Below the pieces are notes generated by a model. It saw only the letters and a list, made by a program, of their open reading frames with translations. It was not told the DNA's origin and made no database searches. Shown piece by piece: positions 22,681-38,030 of a stretch of 64,000 nt of DNA (positions within the stretch are counted from its first letter, which is position 1; the number at the start of each line of letters is the position of its first letter). Both the position numbers and the translations under genes were made by a program. Source of the stretch: Macrostomum lignano (Eukaryota); assembly GCA_002269645.1 (NCBI GenBank), contig NIVC01001190.1, forward strand, positions 248,001-312,000. Reading direction: 5' to 3'.

Positions 22681-24875
22681 ATGAAACTGACAGCTAAGCA
22701 TTCCGAGCTGCTGCAGCTGCTTCTGTGGAAGCTGCTCACGGGTGAGTCGGTGTGAAAGCGGTACCAACTTGTTAGAGAGACTTTCCAAAGTGACACATAT
22801 GACAATATCACTCCATCACTCTATCCATTTCTTGATTGCTTGAAGAGTTTTCATTCATTTCCTAAATTTATGTCAGTACAATATCAATTAAATAAAACTC
22901 AAAACTCAAACTCAATAGTTGCTACTTACATATTTTTTAAAGCTATGTCCTTCGCCTACGGCTGCCAGCCACCAACGCTGAAGCTCACGAGGTTCCCCGG
23001 CTGCCCAGCCGACCCGGGCTCCGGGTGGCGGTCTCTGCAGCCGGTCACCGAGCAGCAGTGCGCGATGCTCTGCGCCAAGCAGTCCTGGTGCGCAGCTCTG
23101 AGCTTGGATGCTGCCAGCATCGCTGATGGCATCGGGCAGCTCGGTGAGTGCCGACTGTTCACTGCGGAGACCGCGCTGATCGGCTGGAATTCGTCCTGTG
23201 GCGGACAGTCCGGTCTGGCGTCCAGCGACAGGCTGAGCAGCTTCCAGACCGGTGAGACCGGAGTTCTGTTTTCAATTTTTTCGGGACTCGTGTTGATCAA
23301 ACTCACTTTGGCCTTTGCAGAGTACCTTGCGGCTCGAAACGTGACTGTGAAGCGGGTCCACATTCCCAACAACTCGGTAAAGATCTTCGCCGCATTCCTT
23401 CAGCACCAGCCGGCTGCCTCATCGCTCATTGGCTGCGTTGCCAAGTGCAGCGAGTTGCCGGCCTGTCGCGGGATTGTGTTCAACTCCAGCAACTGCTCTC
23501 TGCTCACCGACTACCCGCTGTGCCGCTGGTTCGAGCAGCCTCCGAACAGCTCTGAGCTGGCCGTCTATGTGAGTGATGGGAAAGCAGTGCTTGATTGCTG
23601 ACATCATTTAGACACTTTTATTGATAGCCGATCTAACAAATCGTTTGAATTTCCAACTCAGGAGTTCCACACTGTGGGCACTCAGCAGTGCTTCGAGACC
23701 GTCAACCTGCGAGTGTCGGACGCGCTGAGCTTCGACCGGCTCTGGGCCGAGTACAAGACCGGCTTCGGCACTTATCACGGCAACTACTTTGCTGGTGAGT
23801 TACCAGAGGCTCTTTTACTTGAGTTTCTGGTCGTATGCGTACTGTGTTTTTCATATAAGAAAAAAATGTTTATTTTTTAACCTTTTTAGACTATAGGTTA
23901 ATTTTAATATTTTCGAAATTCAGAAATATGATGTGTGGTTGAAGAAACTTTTTTGTTCGAAAATCCAGTCTATCTAAATTATAAAAAGAAACTTTGAATT
24001 TTTAGCGACTATTACATATTCTACTTCAGCACTTAAAGCTACTCTTAAAAGTACACTCCACTAAGCTACACTAAAAGTACTCTGCATGTTCAAAACTTTT
24101 AGATTTCTTTTCCTATATTAAAATAGGATATTTGAATATTAAAAGCTCTACTAATCTGATAAAGATGAGGCATGCGAGAACATGAAATATTCTCGTTTGT
24201 CAAAGACTAAATGTGTTTGCCTTGTGCAGCTCAAGTAGCTGTGTAAAAGCTTTGCTTCGTCAGTTTAGATGAAATAAATGGAGTCACACTGTATACTCGT
24301 ATTTGCTTAGGAACGAGATTAATAATGTTTGAAGTGCCTCAAAATCAAACAAGTGATGCTTATGAATTCTCATAAAAAGTTTTAGAAAAAGCCACTTAAA
24401 ATTCTCACAAACAGGCCTGGAGTGGCTGCACGCCCGGACCAGCGCTCAGCCCAGCAGCAACCGGTTCCGCGTCGACCTGCTGTACTGGAACGACACCTAC
24501 ATCTACGCCTACTACCTGAACGTGCTCATTCTGGCCGAGAGCACCAACTACACGGTGTCTGAATTCACGTTTGAGCCGGGTGGAGGTCTGCACCAGAACT
24601 TGTTCGTCGACAAAAACATCCAGTTTCAGACTCGAGACCGTGGCTTGAGTACCTGCAGTTATGGACAGAACTGTGCCCAAATGTTCCAGCCCCAGTGGCA
24701 CACATGCTGCCACAGCTCAGGTCCGTTCGGCAGGTACTTCAACTACCCGACAGCCCTGAATGTGTCAGCTGCAGACCGAGCCAAGGGCATCGTTTGGGCT
24801 TCAAATGCTCCAACAAACATTACTGACGGGCACTACTACAGCTTCAAGCAGCTGGAGATTCTCATGCTCACCTAA
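22681..24875 (+). CDS. Secreted PAN-PAN-FReD protein, family 1 copy 4 (inverted); exons 22681-22741, 22943-23251, 23321-23568, 23662-23794, 24415-24875
   Basis: Downstream exons match copies 1/2 in size and phase (248/133/461). The leader MKLTAKHSELLQLLLWKLLT ends in G|GTGAGT and splices in frame to TTTTTTAAAG|CT ATG TCC. The leader exon is inferred. Confidence 0.85.
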
Positions 24876-25364
24876 AAGTCTGCAATGTTACCAGCGTCCG
24901 AATATTGCATTGTCTTACGGAGCTTGTGTTTTGCGATACGGCTATGCTGAGACTGTTCCGACTTTGTTATCGAGTCGTCCAACTGCAGTTTAACTTGTAA
25001 TTGTTCTGAAAACTGCATGCGGCCTTCCTAATTCATTCCTACAAATCGCTGAAGTAACGGTGGCAAACCGATGTGCTGATGCGCAACGCCTTGCAGTCAC
25101 GCAACTTCTTCATCCCTAATTCGCTCCTGTCCCTTCATCTTCGATACCTTTTAATTGACTGCTAATTATCATCACATTGCGCCTCACTATTTCACCCCCA
25201 CACCTTTGTGATAATACCTTCTCTCTTCTTTTAAAACTCTTCTCTTAATCAAGAACTCAGAGCAACGCTTGAAAATGTTACTTTCTCTTGGAACTACTAA
25301 AAATATTACCAATTACACTCTCAAATTTCTTTTTAGCTTAAATTTTGATTTATTGAAGTTTTGC

Positions 25365-26658
25365 AGTGCTGTAGCTGTGTGCTGTAGCTGTGTGCTGTAG
25401 CTGTGTGCTGTAGCTGTGTGCTGTAGCTGTGTGCTGTAGCTGTGTGTGCTGTAGCTGTGTGCTGTAGCTGTGTGTGCTGTAGCTGTGTGTGCTGTAGCTG
25501 TGTGTGCTGTAGCTGTGTGTGCTGTAGCTGTGTGCTGTAGCTGTGTGCTGTAGCTGTGTGCTGTAGCTGTGTGCTGTAGCTGTGTGCTGTAGCTGTGTGC
25601 TGTAGCTGTGTGCTGTAGCTGTGTGCTGTAGCTGTGTGCTGTAGCTGTGTATGCTGTAGCTGTGTGCTGTAGCTGTGTGCTGTAGCTGTGTGCTGTAGCT
25701 GTGTGCTGTAGCTGTGTGTGCTGTAGCTGTGTGTGCTGTAGCTGTGTGTGCTGTAGCTGTGTGCTGTAGCTGTGTGTGCTGTAGCTGTGTGCTGTAGCTG
25801 TGTGTGCTGTAGCTGTGTGTGCTGTAGCTGTGTGCTGTAGCTGTGTGCTGTAGCTGTGTGCTGTAGCTGTGTGTGCTGTAGCTGTGTGCTGTAGCTGTGT
25901 GTGCTGTAGCTGTGTGCTGTAGCTGTGTGCTGTAGCTGTGTATGCTCTAGCTGTGTGCTGTAGCTGTGTGTGCTGTAGCTGTGTGCTGTAGCTGTGTGCT
26001 GTAGCTGTGTGTGCTGTAGCTGTGTGCTGTAGCTGTGTGTGCTGTAGCTGTGTGCTGTAGGTGTGTGTGCTGTAGCTGTGTGTGCTGTAGGTGTGTGTGC
26101 TGTAGCTGTGTGTGCTGTAGCTGTGTGTGCTGTAGGTGTGTGTGCTGTAGCTGTGTGTGCCGTAGCTGTGTGTGCTGTAGCTGTGTGTGCTGTAGCTGTG
26201 TGTGCTGTAGCTGTGTGCTGTAGCTGTGTGCTGTAGCTGTGTGTGCTGTAGCTGTGTGCTGTAGCTGTGTGTGCTGTAGCTGTGTGCTGTAGGTGTGTGT
26301 GCTGTAGTTTTGTGTGCTGTAGGTGTGTGTGCTGTAGCTGTGTGTGCTGTAGCTGTGTGTGCTGTAGGTGTGTGTGCTGTAGCTGTGTGTGCTGTAGCTG
26401 TGTGTGCTGTAGCTGTGTGCTGTAGCTGTGTGTGCTGTAGCTGTGTGCTGTAGGTGTGTGTGCTGTAGGTGTGTGTGCTGTAGTTGTGTGTGCTGTAGGT
26501 GTGTGTGCTGTAGCTGTGTGTGCTGTAGCTGTGTGTGCTGTAGGTGTGTGTGCTGTAGCTGTGTGTGCTGTAGCTGTGTGTGCTGTAGGTGTGTGTGCTG
26601 TAGCTGTGTGTGCTGTAGCTGTGTGTGCTGTAGGTGTGCTGTAGCTGTGTGTGCTGTA
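25365..26658 (+). repeat. Compound satellite of 13/15-bp units GCTGTAGCTGTGT(GT)
   Basis: About 1.3 kb uninterrupted array; variant GCTGTAGGTGTGTGT in the distal half. Confidence 0.97.
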
Positions 26659-27043
26659 GATAAATTACTGGTAAATTAAAGAACAAATGGTTTTGACACC
26701 TTCCTCACTACTGTTAAGAAGCCTAGTGGTCAGCAGTGATTTCCGACTCGGATGTGTATTCAGTGTTTGCTGTCTGCAGATTAGCGAGCGGCGGTCTTGA
26801 TAGCCGTAAAATTTTCATTTATCTGGACGTGTAATACAGCCAGCTTTTAGATGCACGTTAACGTTTTAATTTTAATATTTGTGAAATTTTCTTTTTGTTT
26901 ATAATTTTCCAAATGAGATGAGAAGATAAACTGCATAATCGTTTAAAATGCTTTTTTTGTCGTGGCAATAGAAAAAATATTCATGCAAGATAAATTTTGA
27001 GGTTTGGTTTTTTATTTAGAAAAATTTGTAGAAATATGTATAT

Positions 27044-27547
27044 TGCTCATGCTCATGCTCATGCTCATGCTCATGCTCATGCTCATGCTTAACGTCAATG
27101 CTCATGCTTAACGTCAATGCTCATGCTTAACGTCAATGCTCATGCTTATGTTCATGCTCATGATTATGCTCATACTCATGCTCATGCTTATGTTCATGCT
27201 CATGATTATGCTCATACTCATGCTCATGCTTATGTTCATGCTCATGATTATGCTCATACTCATGCTCATGCTTAACGTCAATGCTCATGCTCATGCTTAT
27301 GCTCATGCTCATGCTCATGTTTGTGCTCATGCTCATGCTCATGCTCATGCTCATGCTCATGCTCATGCTAACGTCAATGCTCATGCTCATGCTCATGCTC
27401 ATGCTAAAGTTAATGCTCATGCTCATGCTAACGTTAATGCTCATGCTCATGCTCATGCTCATGCTAAAGTTAATGCTCATGCTCATGCTAACGTTAATGC
27501 TCATGCTCATGCTCATGCTCATGCTAAAGTTAATGCTCATGCTCATG
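27044..27547 (+). repeat. (GCTCAT)n hexamer microsatellite with higher-order variants
   Basis: Direct reading; interspersed with recurring AACGTCAAT/AAAGTTAAT and TTATGTTCAT variants. Confidence 0.97.
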
Positions 27548-28984
27548 CACAATCGTGTGCGCAGGTAGGGTACTAAAATATCTTCATGCCTCATAAGTTA
27601 TAGTAATTCCACTGACATCAGAGGTCTGCTCAGCCGCCAGCTTACCGAGGCAAGCAGCAGGTAGCCAACAGCCAATACAATACTGCTGTTTTGCGAACGG
27701 CAGAACCCAGCGTGAGGTCCTCACCTTAGCCGAGAGCGTTTAATTAACACTGCAGTTTCTTGTCGCAAGCTGCCACTTCAGTCCGATCGGCAGGTTCTGT
27801 ATAGCGGCGCCCTTGGAGTTGGTAGTAGCCCACCCGCGGGGTCGTGAAATCTTTTAATTGTAGGATGTTGGTCAGCAACTACGAGAACTGCGAAATGCTA
27901 AATGCTATCCACTAATTATACCTGTAAAAGGATTAGTTTGCTGTAAAAGAACTAATCAGATTTGAATTGAATGTTTATGCAAAAATTCATGCATTGTTAT
28001 GTAAACTACAGTGTATAAAATGAATTTCGAAGCTAGCAACAACCTTCAATGAAAATGAGTCAACTCTATAGTTGTCGATGCCATTGCTAAATAGCATTTA
28101 TCGCCATATAGTAGAAACATTATTCTACAGAGTACAACTGTGCAGCCCCCATGCAGAAGCATTCTCAACTCAAGCAAAGTCACGTAACCGCATCGGGCGC
28201 CACCTGGCACCGCTGAGGCAGCCATGAGAAAGGCTGACCTACTGAGTGTGTTTACATTCACGCGCGGTCCCTTGACTTTCCTTGCTACTCTGCTGAGCTC
28301 TGGGACTCCCAGAATACGGCCGACGCCGGGGAGGGTTTTTAGAAAGACTTTCGCAGAAAGCCGAACAAATTAAAATAATGAGAAAAGAATATCTAGCTCA
28401 AGTAGAGGCGGCGCTGCAATTCAGAGCTTGAGAGTTTAACTGCTGGCTCGAGTAGGGACTGGTGGGTGACTGTCCGCCCCCTAACAATGCCTCTCGTCTC
28501 TGCAGCTTCTCAGGCTACATCTGCTACTCGCAGCGGGGGGGGGCAGCTCTGCTCTCTGCCTTTCTCGAGTCGGGGCCCCGCAAGATTTGTTTTTTCAAGC
28601 GGAATCTCAACCCTCTCGCCAGCACCAGCCGAGCTCCTCTACCCACTGCCGCCCGCCAATCGCTACTTTGCTTTGAAACTTTTTTGCGACTGCTCAAAAA
28701 ATGAAACAGAACAGAACGCAAAACCCCAAAATGCAGCAGCAGCCCAAATGTCGCCTCTAAACAGTAGCCGACTATTATAGTTGCAATAAAACTGCCTGTC
28801 TTCGAGGGGCCAGTCAGATGCGCAGCGGTGAGAAAGACAGAAAAAAGGGGCGAGTCAGAGAAGATTGACAGACCTATATTGCATTCCAAACTAAGGTGAG
28901 CTGCCTACAGGCGATTAAGCAGACAGAAGGCAGTGAAATCAATTGCGACAAACCTCTGCTGTTGAGACTGATGGCACGCTAGAC

Positions 28985-30196
28985 ATGGCCTCAGTTAGCA
29001 GCGGCCATGACGGCGGCAATGGCAGTGCCGAAATCAAGTACTACCTGAAGTTCGCCATCAACATACCCTACAGCGACGTGAAGCGCATGCTGGAAACTGA
29101 CACTCGCCTGCTGTACTCGCTCAAAGACTGCTCCAGAGCAGGCAGAGTGAACTGGAAGCTGAAGCTCTACCAGCACCAGGGCACCGATCAAAGCTACCTG
29201 GCGCTCTACCTGAAATTCGAGCCTCAGGTGTGCACAGACGGCGTCAGCTGCACCACGGAATTCTCCGTGCGTCTGACAGGTCCCGACAATCGCAGCGTGG
29301 AGCGCCAGAGCTCGAGCCCGCGGCAGTTCAGCAAGGCGGACGACAGCTGGGGCTGGTCGCAGTTCGCTGCCACCGATGAGCTCGGCAGCTTCGTCAGCGC
29401 GCCAGACGGATCGGAAGTGCTGCGACTTAGCGGCGTCATCAAGATCTACGAGTCCTCAAAGCTGCTCTACCCGAGAAGGAGGCACAATTTCACTCGGGCG
29501 CAGAACGGCGCGGACTTTCGCATCCAGGTCGGGCAGGTCACCTTCCATGTGCACCGAACTGTTCTGGTGCTCAACTCGGACTATTTTGCCGCCCTGTTCT
29601 CGCGTCAGGACTCCGAAGTGGCGCGCAGCGGCCTGATGACTCTGCTAGACGAGAAGGTTCAGGACGTCCACCTGATGCTGCAGTTCATGTACCCCGGCTA
29701 CAGTCGCGTCCTGGAGGAGTCCACTCTGCTGTCGCTGAGCTCCCTGGCATCGAAGTTTCAGTTGCACAGCCTGACCTGGTCCTGTCTGCAGTTCGTCGAT
29801 ACCCAGCTCAGTAGCGAATCAGTCGAGCCTGAGAAGGCCATGAAGTACTATTTTATCTGCATCCGCTGGCTGCGGTGCCCTGACCTCGCCGAGCAGTGCG
29901 TCCGCTCCGTGTCTGGACAGCCGTGGGCGCGCGTCAAGGCGGCACCGCATTTTCGCCAACTGGACGAGCCGGAGCGGGCCGCCTTTCTCGAGGCCTTTCT
30001 CGACTTCAAAGAGGACCGCCGCCGGGCGCCCTCCGCTGCTGCTCCTGCGGAGGCTGGGGGTGAAAACGGCGATTTCGATGGAGCCAGCGCGGAAACTGAA
30101 AGCGATGGAAAGACCGGTCAGGTGAAAATGAATGGAGTGCACGCGGATCACTCTGAGGACGAAGTGTTCCGGGATTCGGCTGATGAACGTAGCTGA
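28985..30196 (+). CDS. MATH-BTB domain protein (SPOP-like architecture), intronless CDS, 403 aa
   Basis: MATH motifs NWKLKLY, YLALYL, SWGWSQF; BTB motifs ADFRIQVGQVTFHVHRTVLVLNSDYFAALF and MLQFMY; acidic low-complexity tail. Confidence 0.92.
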   Translation: MASVSSGHDGGNGSAEIKYYLKFAINIPYSDVKRMLETDTRLLYSLKDCSRAGRVNWKLKLYQHQGTDQSYLALYLKFEPQVCTDGVSCTTEFSVRLTGPDNRSVERQSSSPRQFSKADDSWGWSQFAATDELGSFVSAPDGSEVLRLSGVIKIYESSKLLYPRRRHNFTRAQNGADFRIQVGQVTFHVHRTVLVLNSDYFAALFSRQDSEVARSGLMTLLDEKVQDVHLMLQFMYPGYSRVLEESTLLSLSSLASKFQLHSLTWSCLQFVDTQLSSESVEPEKAMKYYFICIRWLRCPDLAEQCVRSVSGQPWARVKAAPHFRQLDEPERAAFLEAFLDFKEDRRRAPSAAAPAEAGGENGDFDGASAETESDGKTGQVKMNGVHADHSEDEVFRDSADERS

Positions 30197-30324
30197 CTTG
30201 GTGGTGTAAATACGATTATTGTACTGATTTTGCGATCTTTCATCCCTACATAAAACTAGATTTATGCAGCCTTTTAACCTAATTTTTTCTTGTACATTTA
30301 TCTGTATACTTTTATTTGGCATTG

Positions 30325-31740
30325 CCAGCTGTATTACTGTGTCCGATACCTGCTGTATTACATGTACTGTGTCCAATGCCTGCTGTATTACTGTGTCCAA
30401 TGGCTGATGTATTACTGTGTCCGATGCCTGCTGTATTACTTTGTCCGATGTCTGCTGTATTACTGTGTCCGATGTCTGCTGTATTACTGTGTCCGATGTC
30501 TGCTGTATTACTGTGTCCGATGTCTGCTGTATTACTGTGTCCGATTCCTGCTGTATTACTGTGTCCGATGTCTGCTGTATTACTGTGTCCGATGCCTGCT
30601 GTATTACTGTGTCCAATGGCTGATGTATTACTGTGTCCGATGCCTGCTGTATTACTTTGTCCGATGTCTGCTGTATTACTGTGTCCGATGTCTGCTGTAT
30701 TACTGTGTCCGATGTCTGCTGTATTACTGTGTCCAATGCCTGCTGTATTACTGTGTCCGACTGCTGTATTACTGTGTCCGATGTCTGCTGTATTACTGTG
30801 TCCGATGTCTGCTGTATTACTGTGTCCGATGTCTGCTGTATTACTGTGTCCGATGTCTGCTGTATTACTGTGTCCGATGTCTGCTGTATTACTGTGTCCG
30901 ATGTCTGCTGTATTACTGTGTCCGATTCCTGATGTGTTGGTGTGTCAAATGTCTGCTGTATTACTTTGTCCGATGTTTGCTGTATTACTTTGTCCGATGT
31001 CTGCTGTATTACTTTGTCCGATGTCTGCTGTATTACTTTGTCCGATGTCTGCTGTATTACTGTGTCCGATTCCTGATGTGTTGCTGTGTCAAATGTCTGC
31101 TGTATTACTTTGTCCGATGTCTGCTGTATTACTGTGTCCGATTCCTGATGTGTTGCTGTGTCCAATGTCTGCTGTATTACTGTGTCCGACTGCTGTATTA
31201 CTGTGTCCGATGTCTGCTGTATTACTGTGTTCGATGTCTGCTGTATTACTGTGTCCGATGTCTGCTGTATTACTGTGTCCGATGTCTGCTGTATTACTTT
31301 GTCCAATGTCTGCTGTATTACTGTGTCCGATGTTTGCTGTATTACTTTGTCCGATGTCTGCTGTATTACTGTGTCCGATGTCTGTTGTATTACTGTGTCC
31401 GATGTCTGTTGTATTACTGTGTCCGATGTTTGCTGTATTACTTTGTCCGATGTCTGCTGTATTACTGTGTCCGATGTCTGCTGTATTACTTTGTCCGATG
31501 TCTGCTGTATTACTGTGTCCAATGTCTGCTGTATTACTGTGTCCGATGTTTGCTGTATTACTGTGTCCGATGTCTGTTGTATTACTGTGTCCGATGTTTG
31601 CTGTATTACTTTGTCCAATGTCTGCTGTATTACTGTGTCCGATGTTTGCTGTATTACTGTGTCCGATGTCTGCTGTATTACTGTGTCCGATTCCTGATGT
31701 ATTGCTGTGTCAAATGTCTGCTGTATTACTGTGTTACTGT
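30325..31740 (+). repeat. 24-bp minisatellite TGTCTGCTGTATTACTGTGTCCGA
   Basis: About 1.4 kb array starting about 130 bp after the MATH-BTB stop codon. Confidence 0.97.
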
Positions 31741-32212
31741 GTCGGCTGCAACCCCAATGGCCTCTGTAATATATGACCCAGCCAATCTTACCATTCAGAC
31801 TAGAGGCCAGTTCGTATCATTCAAGCCGTTTAAAACTAATCACAGTGACTGCATTTTAGATAATATAATACTACGAGTAAAAGTAATTTCGTTTTAAGTT
31901 GAGCTTGATACAAGATATTGGAAACTGTTAGAGCGCTATGTACACTCTCCTTCTCTAACAGTATTATTTTACTATTTTAAATTTTTAATTGAATTCATCA
32001 ATTTTATTATACATATAAAAATAACGAATACATATTCTGCTGGGCTACTTCCTGACTAATAGTCAGCATGGACTGTTGTTTGTGTGCAGCCTAATCCATC
32101 CTTTATAGAGAAGAGTCGTGATTGGCTACCGGCAACTTTGACCGCCACGTCCCCATCAGACAGATATTAAAACTCTTTATCGACTTGAAAAGCTTCCAAA
32201 TTTTCTATACAG

Positions 32213-36077
<3,865 letters not shown>

Positions 36078-36999
36078 CCAAGGCTATTTATGCCAGGCTT
36101 CAAGGCTCACAGCGGTAACTAATTGAAGCGGCAACAGTTGCTATACAGCAAATTTATGTTTAATATTTTCTCTACCCCGCCTCTCATTGTATAAAATTTC
36201 TCTTTCTAAGTAGTCTGCCCCCAGCTGCTCAAGTTAAAGTGGCAAGGATTAGTTTGAAAAAATGGCAAAGTTTGTTTACACATATATTGCGTTCTCAAGC
36301 ACGACAGCGGATAATTAATCTCGTCTGGAAGTTTCTTTTCTATGGTTGTTTGTTGCTAGAAAAGAGCTTTTAGTATCATCTTTATAGTTAGCTAAATTCA
36401 TGGAAAACTAGCTGCATGCAACTTTGCCATTAGTAATTTTCCATTGTGCATAGACTGTGCACCGAAATACACCTTTGCGTTCTTTCAAGACGAGAAAAAT
36501 GCTTGAGTAGCAATCTGCACACAAATTGTATTGTTGTTTCTGACATGGTTGCAAGAGCTGAATCAGCTCAAGTTTCTGGAGAGTTCGCCTCCACAGAAAA
36601 GTCAATCAAGTTATCCAACTGATAGTATAGTGTGTGTCAGTTTTGAAGTATGTTACTAACTAACCAAGTCACTCTGCGTCCAAAGAAAGAGCTCAAAAAG
36701 TTTCCGTGCAGGACCAGCATGACTTGATAAATTATTTAAGTGACACCTCCTACGAAGCACCTGTCTTGCTCTTGAATAATTAATTTGATTTTGAGGGACA
36801 GAGAACTGTAGCGTGTGGAATCATGTAGTTAGACGCACCTGTCTCGGCTTCCCGCCTACGCTCACACGCAAAAACGCGAGTCTTTTTTGTGCGGTATTCC
36901 TGAGCCAGTTGGATTTTTTGCAACGTCTTGACTTAGGTAATGTCAAACGCCTTCGTCCGAATGATTGACTTTTCCGAATGATTGTCATGGATATGTCTA

Positions 37000-38030
37000 T
37001 GACCAAGATTGTTTATCATGGATGTGTCTATGACCAAGATGAGCGCCATGGATTTGCTATGATCAAGAGTGATTGTCATGTATGTGTCTTTGACTGTCAT
37101 GTATGTGTCTTTGGCCAAGATGATTGCCATTGGTTGCGTATTTGGCCAAGATGATTGACATGGTCGTGTATTTGGCCAAGATGATTGCCATTGGTTGCGT
37201 ATTTGGCCAAGATGATTGCCATTGGTTGCGTATTTGGCCAAGATGATTGACATGGTCGTGTATTTGGCCAAGATGATTGACATGGTCGTGTATTTGGCCA
37301 AGATGATTGCCATTGGTTGCGTATTTGGCCAAGATGATTGACATGGTCGCGTATTTGGCCAAGATGATTGCCATTGGTTGCGTATTTGGCCAAGATGATT
37401 GACATGGTCGTGTATTTGGCCAAGATGATTGCCATTGGTTGCGTATTTGGCCAAGATGATTGACATGGTCGTGTATTTGGCCAAGATGATTGACATGGTC
37501 GTGTATTTGGCCAAGATGATTGCCATTGGTTGCGTATTTGGCCAAGATGATTGCCATTGGTTGCGTATTTGGCCAAGATGATTGACATGGTCGTGTATTT
37601 GGCCAAGATGATTGACATGGTCGTGTATTTGGCCAAGATGATTGCCATTGGTTGCGTATTTGGCCAAGATGATTGCCATTGGTTGCGTATTTGGCCAAGA
37701 TGATTGACATGGTCGTGTATTTGGCCAAGATGATTGACATGGTCGTGTATTTGGCCAAGATGATTGCCATTGGTTGCGTATTTGGCCAAGATGATTGACA
37801 TGGTTGTGTATTTGGCCAAGATGATTGCCATGGTTGTGTATTTGGCCAAGATGATTGCCATGGTTGTGTATTTGGCCAAGATGATTTCCATGGATGTTTC
37901 TATGGCCTAGATGATTGAAATGATTTTGTCTATGGCCAAGATGATTGTCAGGGATATGTATTTGGCCGAGATGATTGTCATAGATGTATGACCAAGATGA
38001 ATGTCATGGATGAGTCTATGACCAAGATGA
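37000..38030 (+). repeat. 30/31-bp two-variant minisatellite (TTGGCCAAGATGATTGACATGGTCGTGTAT / TTGGCCAAGATGATTGCCATTGGTTGCGTAT)
   Basis: Homogeneous core at 37110-37890 with degenerate units on both flanks. Confidence 0.96.

Noticed and set aside
2830-24713. Antisense ORFs over FReD/PAN exons (e.g. 3352-3840, 7807-8115, 9202-9615, 16143-16451, 24405-24713)
   Set aside because: Shadow frames of GC-rich coding exons on the opposite strand.
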